DNA from: an uncultured Candidatus Rokubacteria bacterium
GTDB lineage: Bacteria; Methylomirabilota; Methylomirabilia; Rokubacteriales; DASRDR01
DNA: 64,000 nt
Direction of reading: 5' to 3'
Assembly: GCA_963805625.1 (NCBI GenBank)
Contig: CAWDVE010000012.1
Location: 134,936 to 198,935 of the forward strand
Shown in pieces: positions 56,731 to 64,000 of this stretch. The notes beneath the pieces were generated by a model that searched no databases, was not told the DNA's origin, and saw nothing but the letters and a program-made list of their open reading frames with translations. Within the stretch, counting starts at the first letter, position 1, and the number at the start of each line of letters is the position of its first letter. Position numbers and translations under genes: made by a program.

Positions 56731-57093
56731 CGCGAGTGGGCCTCAGCATGCGCCCCCGCCGAACGGGATCCCCATGCCATGGGAGACAGGCGGAGCCAGA
56801 TGCCAAAGGGCCAAGACGTCCAGTGCGTCTACCCGGCGACCCCGTGGAAGGCACCTCCGACTATACGCCCGGGATGCGGCCGCGGCGTCAGAATCCGTCT
56901 GGCGCCCTGGCGCCCGGGGCCGAGGCGCGGTAGGGTCGGGGCCGGGATGACCCTCGGGTGAGCTCGCAGCGCGTCCGTGAGCAGCGCATCGACGAACGGC
57001 TTCAGCGCGGCGTGTTGGGCCGTGCGCACCCGTTCGACACGGTCTCGCCGAGTTCGACCGGAGATGTCCCCTGTCACGGCTGCCTGGAGCCGA

Positions 57094-57695
57094 ATGCAGA
57101 CACGCACGTGGGAGATCACCCGTGGCACAGCCTCTGCGTCCTCTATTGGCAAGGGCGGAGTGAGACGGCCCGGAGCGAGCGGATCCCACACAGGCAGCCG
57201 GGCCCCGGCATCAGTCCCGCCCGGTCGCGGTGGGTCATCGTCGTACCGATCGGTCGGGCGGACACGTATGCGATCCTCCGCCGCCGTTTCGCGCGCTCGC
57301 CCTGGGTCGATGTGGTGATGGACCGCCGCCACCGTGGGGAACGTCGGCAGCCGCAAGAGAATGTCCCGCCGGTCGAGCGATGCACCGCGCAGCGCCGCAA
57401 AGCGGCCAGGGAGGACCTCGTGTCTGAGCCCGGCGCCTTTCGATTAGCCTATCAGGTCGACGGATGCGATGTGTATGAGTCCACGGCGCCAGAGGCCGGG
57501 CGCTGTCCCGACTGTGGGATCCTGGTGAGCCTCGAGCTTCCGCGCTTCGCCGAGCCCCCTGTCCGCCTGGAGGTCGTGGTACGGCACGAAGAGATGCCGA
57601 GCGGGACGCGCCACGTCGGGGAACTACAGTCTCTCTCCCCGACCGGTCGGATCCTGCTAGCGACGCGACTGACCGGCCGGGACGTGGCTGACTAA
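57094..57695 (+). CDS. Hypothetical protein with DRR/ERR motif and CxxC (start uncertain)
   Basis: VVMDRRHRGERR; CPDCG. Confidence 0.5.
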
Positions 57696-57937
57696 TGGTC
57701 CCGCCCCCGATCTGGCTCGACGCCGCCGGCCGCCCGCGCCCCACCCCGGGCCTGCTGGACCTGTGGGCGCGAGACTCGACGCGTACCTCCGTGACTACCC
57801 CGCGCTGTATGGCCGAGACCGGCCGCGCCTGCTCGGTCTCCGCGCCCACATGGCCGCGGTCCAGGCCGCGCTCGACGCCCCACCCGCCAGGCTCCCCCGG
57901 CTGGCGCCCGGCGACGCGGGCAGGCGGCGTGATCCGC

Positions 57938-58198
57938 CTAGTCGAACTTCGTCCGCTCGAGTTCCCACACGGCGAAGCACCGCAGATGCAGGCGGTACTT
58001 GTCCAGGCCTGGGTTCGCGTCGTCGTGGGCGAACTGAATCTCCCACTCGACCCGGTCGGCCGTGACAGGCCTCTCACAGACCGCGCAGAGGGCCCCGACG
58101 CCCGGCCTGCTCAGGGTGCGATCGGCTTCCCGCCGAGGCAGCGCCCCACGGCGGATGGCCAGGCGAGCGAACTCGCGGAGGACGGCCTCATCAGGCAT
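57938..58198 (-). CDS. Small CxxC...HxxC putative zinc-binding protein
   Basis: CAVCE...LHLRCFAVWE. Confidence 0.6.
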   Translation of the reverse strand: MPDEAVLREFARLAIRRGALPRREADRTLSRPGVGALCAVCERPVTADRVEWEIQFAHDDANPGLDKYRLHLRCFAVWELERTKFD

Positions 58199-58508
58199 TT
58201 GGCAGGCCCCCTTCCCACGGACCCGGACACCGATGCGGCGAGGAGCCCTGTGGCGTCAGGCTGGGGAAAAGCGGCGAGTGACGCGTGATGTACGTAACCA
58301 CCCAGCGGCCGTTCGGCTTCTCCCGGTGCCCGACCACGGTGACCGAGATTCCCGCGACTGGGATGGGAACCGAGATCCCCGGGGGCACCCACAAGGGGCG
58401 CTCATCGAGCCACAGCCACCGCTCCGCGGGATCCCACATCTTGATCGGGCCGGAAATGGCAAACCAAAGGGGAGCTGGATCACCGGCGGACGGCACCGAC
58501 ATCCCCAC
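58191..58508 (-). CDS. Small OB-fold-like protein (paralog of 56485-56730)
   Basis: FAISGPI..GISVTVVGHR..VVT. Confidence 0.5.
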   Translation of the reverse strand: MGMSVPSAGDPAPLWFAISGPIKMWDPAERWLWLDERPLWVPPGISVPIPVAGISVTVVGHREKPNGRWVVTYITRHSPLFPSLTPQGSSPHRCPGPWEGGLPNA

Positions 58509-58623
58509 CTCGCAATCGGCTCCAGGTGCTGGGACGAGCCCGGTCGATCGGATCTCGTAGGCGTGTATACTTCACTCACAATGCTTTATTCAAGTACGTA
58601 CTCAAAGGTATGGTACCTCCCAT

Positions 58624-59010
58624 ATGGCACGTAAGAAGCTGCCCGCCGACATCCTCGACGTCCAAGAGATCATGGGCAGCATCTGTGACAAGTGGGCGTT
58701 GCTGATCCTCCATCAACTGTCCCACGGAACAAAACGTCATGGCGAGCTGCATCGGGGGATTCGCGGCATCTCCCAAAAGATGCTGACGCAGACACTCCGG
58801 AAGCTCGAGCGGGATCGGCTCGTCCGGCGCACGGTCCATCCCGTCGTGCCGCCCCGCGTCGACTATGCGCTGACCCAGCTCGGCGGGACGCTGACGAACC
58901 CGCTGCTCGCACTCTACCGATGGACCGAGGCGCACCTCGCGGAGATTCATCGCGCTCGGCGCGTGGCGCCAACGTCCACGTCCGGCGCCAAGCCAACCGC
59001 GTCAACGTGA
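58624..59010 (+). CDS. HxlR-family transcriptional regulator
   Basis: DKWALLIL, GISQKMLTQTLRKLERD, PPRVDYALT. Confidence 0.92.
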   Translation: MARKKLPADILDVQEIMGSICDKWALLILHQLSHGTKRHGELHRGIRGISQKMLTQTLRKLERDRLVRRTVHPVVPPRVDYALTQLGGTLTNPLLALYRWTEAHLAEIHRARRVAPTSTSGAKPTAST

Positions 59011-59202
59011 GCCGGCGGGACCGGCCTATCTGGCGCCCGGGGGCGGGGACTTGGTAGGTTCACTCCTTGCTAAGAATCTCGCGGCGCCTTCCACTGTCCG
59101 GAAAATGACAACGGCCCGCCAGTTTGTCCGTGGCTGGTAGTTTGGTACTGGCGGTGGACCCTTGGTAGTGTCGGGCGTTGCCGCGATCGGGAGGGATCTC
59201 AG

Positions 59203-59631
59203 GTGCGCTTGATTATCAGTAACCCCGCGGGCGACGTCTGGGGCCGGCTCGAGCCGGAAACGGCGGAAGAGATTGTGGTCCTCGACGAGAGCGCGGCCCG
59301 GGGGGAGTGGACGATCGCACGTGGGACGAAGGCCATCACCGAGCTCCGCGCGCTGGCCACCCGCTTGGGGTATCCGGTCCGGGTGACCGAGACACTCGGA
59401 CCCCCGCGGCCCCCGCCGCCGCGGCTCGTGGTCGTCCAGCGGGGTGAGACGGCGCTCGCCGAGCAGTTGCGGGGGATCGTGGTGCCTAGCGTGCCGGTGA
59501 TCTGGGATCGGCGGGAGCGCGACCGCCGGACTGCCTACCGCCCGGACTCGATAGATCGGCGCGGCCCGCAGTCCGCGACGTTGGGCACGCTGCGCTTCCT
59601 CGTCCTACGCGCCCCGGGCCAGACCCCGTGA
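59203..59631 (+). CDS. Hypothetical protein with DRR repeats
   Basis: VIWDRRERDRR..IDRR; GGGAGG RBS. Confidence 0.55.
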   Translation: MRLIISNPAGDVWGRLEPETAEEIVVLDESAARGEWTIARGTKAITELRALATRLGYPVRVTETLGPPRPPPPRLVVVQRGETALAEQLRGIVVPSVPVIWDRRERDRRTAYRPDSIDRRGPQSATLGTLRFLVLRAPGQTP

Positions 59632-59897
59632 CCCCGCCCATCTGGCTCGACGCCGCCGGCCGCCCGCGCCTGCTGGACCTGTGGCCGCGAGGTCGCGCCG
59701 ATGCGGCCCCGGGCCGGCGACTCCGCCCGCACGGCTGGACGCCTCCGCAGACCCTCTACGTCCCTGATTGGTGCGGCTGCACGACGGAGTACCTCCCGGT
59801 GCCGGTGGGCGACGGCTGGTGGCAGCTCGTGCCGATCTGGGAGCCGGATCAGACGGTGAACCCGCTGCGGCGGTACGAGTCCGCGGCGCCGCGCTGA
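59628..59897 (+). CDS. Hypothetical protein (PPIWLDAAGRPR family)
   Basis: GTGA-coupled to the upstream gene; N-terminus repeated at 57695. Confidence 0.5.
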   Translation: MTPPIWLDAAGRPRLLDLWPRGRADAAPGRRLRPHGWTPPQTLYVPDWCGCTTEYLPVPVGDGWWQLVPIWEPDQTVNPLRRYESAAPR

Positions 59898-60259
59898 CGA
59901 CCATGGCGATTCGACGTCTCCCGGGCCCGGCGCACATTGTGTCCCGGTTAGCGGGGGGCACGATAATGTACCGAGTCGCCCTCAACGCGGCGCCCTCACC
60001 CGACTGGACTACGGCCTTCTACCGACCACCGCGGGTCCGACTCGCCATCGCCAGGCCAGCGGGAAAGCTCAAGCCGATGGTGGCCATGGGGTTCTTTGGG
60101 TCCATTCCGCCACCAAAGGCCATCGTGTTATTTCGGACCACGCCGCCCCGGGTCACGTTCTGGCTGCGCCGGATCGACGGCCGAATCGAGTACGCCAACT
60201 CGGTGGTGGAGGAATGACGCACACCGGCCCTGCGGCACTGAACCGGCGCCCGCCCCGCC

Positions 60260-60329
60260 TTTTTGCGAAATCAAAATTTGCCAGCGACAGCCCAGCGTCG
60301 CGACCCCGACCCCCCTTGGGGTCGGACCG
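60260..60329. repeat. Conserved cis element, inverted copy of 8919-8990
   Basis: TTTTTGCGAAATCAAAATTTGCCAGCGACAGCCCAGCGTCGCGACCCCGACCCCCC..GGGGTCGGACCG. Confidence 0.9.
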
Positions 60330-60465
60330 GGGGGGCTTGGTCCCGGTCGCTGCCGGCCTCCTACACGGGCCCAGCGCCGGTGCCACTCTGGGTGCCACTT
60401 CGTCAGCGATCCCCGGAGATATGGGTCGCCTCCGGTAGCAAGCCCCGCAAAGCGGAATCGCTGCT

Positions 60466-62510
60466 CTAGACCGAAGTTCCCCTGCCAGCACGCGAGGTAA
60501 GTCCGCATTACCGTGTCGAAAACTGTCGGTTCCGGTTTGATAAGTGTAGCCAAGAGTATAGGCGAGATGTGAGACATCTGCCCCCTTGGACTGCCATTCT
60601 GAGTGGCAAGCGATGTAGCCAAGATTGCGCTTGACTTCCCGCCGGCTCGCCGCGTAGGGTCCCGGTATGGCGCGCGCCTCCGGGGCCTGTCACGTCGCCG
60701 AGATCACGCGCACGCACGGCGGCCGGCGCTATCGCTCGTACCTCCTGCGGCGCACCTATCGCCAGGACGGCCAGGTCAAGCACGAAACCCTCGGAAATCT
60801 CTCCCGCCTCCCGGCCGCGACCATTGAGCTGATTCGCCGCGCCGTGCGCGGCGACGCGCTGGTTTCGCCCGACGACGCGTTCGAGGTCATCCGCTCCCGG
60901 CCCCATGGCCACGTCGCCGCGGTCGTGGGCACGGCGCGGAAGTTGGGGCTCCCCGCGCTCCTCGCGGCCACGCGCCGCCGGGAGCGGGATCTCGTCGAGG
61001 CCCTGATGGCGGCGCGCCTCCTGGATCCGTGTTCCAAGCTCGCCACGGCGCGGGCGCTCGGGGCGGAGACCGAGGAGTCCTCCCTCGGCGAGAGCCTCGG
61101 CGTCGCCGACGCCGACGAGGACGCGCTCTACGCGGCGATGGATTGGCTCCTGGCGCGGCAAGGGCGCGTCGAGCAGGGCCTGGCGCGGCGGCATCTGACC
61201 GACGGCGGTCTCATCCTCTACGATGTGACCTCGACGTATTTCGAAGGCCGCCAGTGCCCCTTAGCGAAGTTCGGCCACTCGCGCGACGGGCGGCGGGACA
61301 AGCTTCAGATCGTCTTCGGGCTCCTGACCAACGGGGACGGCTGCCCGGTCGCGGTCGAAGTGTTCGAAGGCAACACCGGGGATCCCAAGACCCTCCCGGC
61401 GCAGATCAAGAAGATCCGCGAGCGGTTCGGGATCGCGCGCGTGGTGCTGGTCGGCGACCGCGGGATGCTCACGGACGCCCGCCTGCGGGAGGATCTGCGG
61501 CCCATTGAGGGGCTCGACTGGATTACCGCGCTGCGCGCCCCGGCGATTCAGGCCCTGGCCGCGGGCGGGGTCCTGCCGCTGTCGCTCTTTGATCAGCAGG
61601 ACCTGGCCGAGATCACCCATCCTGACTACCCCGGCGAGCGGCTCATCGTCTGTAAGAACCCCCTCTTGGCCGAGGAGCGGGCTCGCAAGCGTGGGGAGCT
61701 CCTGGAGGCGACCGAACCCGAGCTGGCCAAGATCGCGGCCGCCACCGCGCGCGCGACGCGGCCGCTCCGCGGCCAAGCCCGCATCGCGCTCCGGGTCGGC
61801 AAGGTGCTCGGGCGGCGGAAGGTCGGCAAGCACTTCACGCTCGAGATCACCGACACGACCTTCCGGGCCGCGCGCGACGAGGCGGCCATCGCGCGCGAGG
61901 CCGCCCTCGATGGGATCTACGTCCTCCGGACGAGTGTCGAGGTCGACCGACTCCCGACGGCCGAGGCCGTGCGCAGCTACAAGCGGCTTGCCGCCATCGA
62001 GCGCGCCTTCCGGAGCCTCAAGACCGTCGACTTGAAGGTGCGCCCCATCCATCATCGCAAGGCCGACCGCGTCCGCGCGCACGTCTTTCTGTGCATGCTG
62101 GCCTACTACGTGGAATGGCACATGCGGCGCGCGTTGGCCCCCATGCTCTTCGACGACGACGCCCCGGCGGCCGCCGAGGCCGAGCGCCGCTCGGTGGTGG
62201 CGCCGGCCCAGCGGTCGCCCCGGGCGAAGGCCAAAGCGGTGACGAAGCGGACCGACGAGGGGGACCCCGTCCACAGCTTCCAGTCGCTCCTGCGCCATCT
62301 GCGGACGATCGTGAAGAATCGCATGCGCGTGAAGTCAGACGCGGCGATCGAGTTCGACACCATCACGACACCGACCCCGCTCCAGCAGCGCGCTCTCGAT
62401 CGGCTCGGGGTCTCCCTCACCCTGTAGCCAGAACGCCCAGGCACTGAGACATGCCTTCGCCAAGAAAATCAACGCCATCCCCTATAGCGACAGGCGGAAC
62501 TTCGGTCTAG
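60466..62510 (+). mobile_element. IS1634 family element (transposase 60667-62427)
   Basis: LYDVTSTYFEG, FGHSRD, VGDRGM, IERAFRSLK; IR (CTAG)ACCGAAGTTCC. Confidence 0.93.
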
Positions 62511-62636
62511 CACGGCTCAGCAGGACACGGTACTTGTTGAGCAGGTACTGCTGTTTGACGGTCGGTCCGCGAGCCCGAGCCGTCGGGATCGGTCCGGCGG
62601 CTCAGCGAGCCGAACTTCCGGAGTGCGGAGCTGTGG

Positions 62637-63746
62637 TCAGGGTCTGCGGGCGTGTCCCGCTGAGACCTCCTGGAACAGGTCGAGATAACGGACGTTGCGC
62701 TCTTCCGGCCGCGGACGCGCGAGGCCTACCCGGATCAGCTCGGCGTTCAGCATGCGGCCGCTCGGCAGGTAGACATAGGCTAGCCAGTCCCCGTCCGGGG
62801 CGTATCGCTGTCGGTCGAACTCGAGGTGGATCAGGAGCCCGTGGTCGAGGGAGGCCCACGGATCCTCGAGAGCGCGGTCGCCGGTCACGGGCTCGACGCC
62901 TACCAGACGAATGCGCTGCACGCCCTGGCCCACGCGGACCTCCAGGCGATCAGGGGCCAGCCGGCGGACGAATCGAGCCGCCAGGCGCCCGCCGATCGGC
63001 TCGACTTCCTGCGGGAGGAACCGAGCGATCTCGGAGAGTGCGAACCCCACGACCCCGCCGAGGCGCTGGAAGCGGATCTCTCCGCCCTCGACCCAGAAGC
63101 CCTCCACCTGGACCACGACGCCGTTGGCGAGCTGGAGGAGATGCGGCCGATCGGTGAGGGTGGGCGGTGGGGCGCTGAGTCGGGTGTCCGACCCCGCCGT
63201 CGGTTGGGCGGCGGCGCCGCTTCCGTCCTCGAAGCCCCAGAGGGTGATCCAGGCCTCCGGTGCCGCGGGAGCGGCGGGGATGCGCAAGACGCCGACCAGG
63301 TCCGTGCGGTGGAAGGTGAGCGAGCCCTCGGCGGTGCTGACGCGAACTTCCGAGCCCGTCTCGCCGACGCTGGTGGCTCGCATGGTCGCTCCGCTCCGCG
63401 TGGCGACGTAGAGGGAGGCGGCGTCCGGGGTTTCCACCCTAGTGGGTGCAGGCAGCGTCCCCACCGCGTCCTCCGAGTTGTCGGGAACGATCCGGAGAAC
63501 CTCGTAGCTCGGGATCGCGACCACGCCTCCGTACTTCTCGAACCGGATCTGTCCGTCCTCTTCCGTGTACTTCTGGACCACGATCGGGTCGCCACCGTCG
63601 ATCAGGTGGATGAGATAAGCGCGGGGTTTCGCGGCACGCGCGCGCTCGGGCGCGGTGGCGGGCGCCGCGGCGGCCGATCCTCCCAGCGTTGCGGCCAGCG
63701 CGAAGCCCGTCCCGATCGCGGCTAGCCGTCGCGTGGCCCACTGCAT
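62637..63746 (-). CDS. Exported protein with repeated beta domains and a C-terminal thermonuclease-like domain
   Basis: Signal peptide; IRLVGVE, LAYVYL..GRMLNAELIRVGLA. Confidence 0.7.
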   Translation of the reverse strand: MQWATRRLAAIGTGFALAATLGGSAAAAPATAPERARAAKPRAYLIHLIDGGDPIVVQKYTEEDGQIRFEKYGGVVAIPSYEVLRIVPDNSEDAVGTLPAPTRVETPDAASLYVATRSGATMRATSVGETGSEVRVSTAEGSLTFHRTDLVGVLRIPAAPAAPEAWITLWGFEDGSGAAAQPTAGSDTRLSAPPPTLTDRPHLLQLANGVVVQVEGFWVEGGEIRFQRLGGVVGFALSEIARFLPQEVEPIGGRLAARFVRRLAPDRLEVRVGQGVQRIRLVGVEPVTGDRALEDPWASLDHGLLIHLEFDRQRYAPDGDWLAYVYLPSGRMLNAELIRVGLARPRPEERNVRYLDLFQEVSAGHARRP

Positions 63747-64000
63747 GGCCCCACTATACCGAGGCGCGTCGCGGGGTCCAACGACAGTGAGCGGGCCGGA
63801 ACCGACGGCGCGACGCGCGTTTGCGGTTCACCGACGTTGACAAGCTCGGAGCGGCGGATCGCCGGGACGGACTCGGGGAGACGTGGGTGAGGACCGGCCT
63901 CCGCGGGTCGCCGGACACACGGGCACGGATGTGGCCTGGGGCGGCCGCGATCGACAGGAGGTCAGGCGGCGGGACGGGCCGCCCTGGCGGCGGCTGGACC

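Larger units (their letters stand above)
40076..60465. mobile_element. Island 2: decayed relative of island 1 at tRNA-Leu (distal att not found, end approximate)
   Basis: int-XRE-xis homologs; GTGCCACT arm-type pairs at ~40138-40158 and ~60380-60400; shared cis element. Confidence 0.75.

Noticed and set aside
62637-62645. TCAGGGTCT as the distal att of island 2
   Set aside because: Only a 9-bp match to the tRNA-Leu anticodon arm, overlapping a stop codon and not followed by the tRNA 3' half; could be chance.

Overview
GC-rich bacterial chromosomal window. The gene repertoire (zinc-ribbon/cyclase/ATPase/TPR protein, orphan ABC substrate-binding proteins) resembles Ca. Rokubacteria/Methylomirabilota, but this is inference. 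A short core block (rdgB-rph-amidase-ssrA-smpB, tRNA-Leu; tRNA-Arg and tRNA-Pro further left) sits between two related, inverted tRNA-integrated elements. Island 1 spans 8686-24644 at tRNA-Arg(TCT) with a 45-bp att repeat. Island 2 runs from tRNA-Leu(CAG) to about 60.4 kb or slightly beyond. Both carry xis-XRE-integrase modules, arm-type repeats and a near-identical ~70-bp non-coding element at their distal ends. About a dozen IS copies are present (IS630 x3, IS110/IS1111, ISAzo13 x2, IS1202-like, IS1380, IS256, IS1182 x2, IS1634). The main find appears when the IS are removed in silico: four copies of a dif/Xer-like site (ACRGCYGAGAA-N6-YTAKGTCGACT). They occur as two direct-repeat pairs bracketing cargo genes, and the first site of each pair follows a homologous promoter, resembling an integron-like cassette platform. 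Two different IS630 elements sit in the same TA of this site. An IS1111-type element is inserted at its CT, and its downstream non-coding (bridge-RNA-like) region carries an exact 10-nt match to the site.
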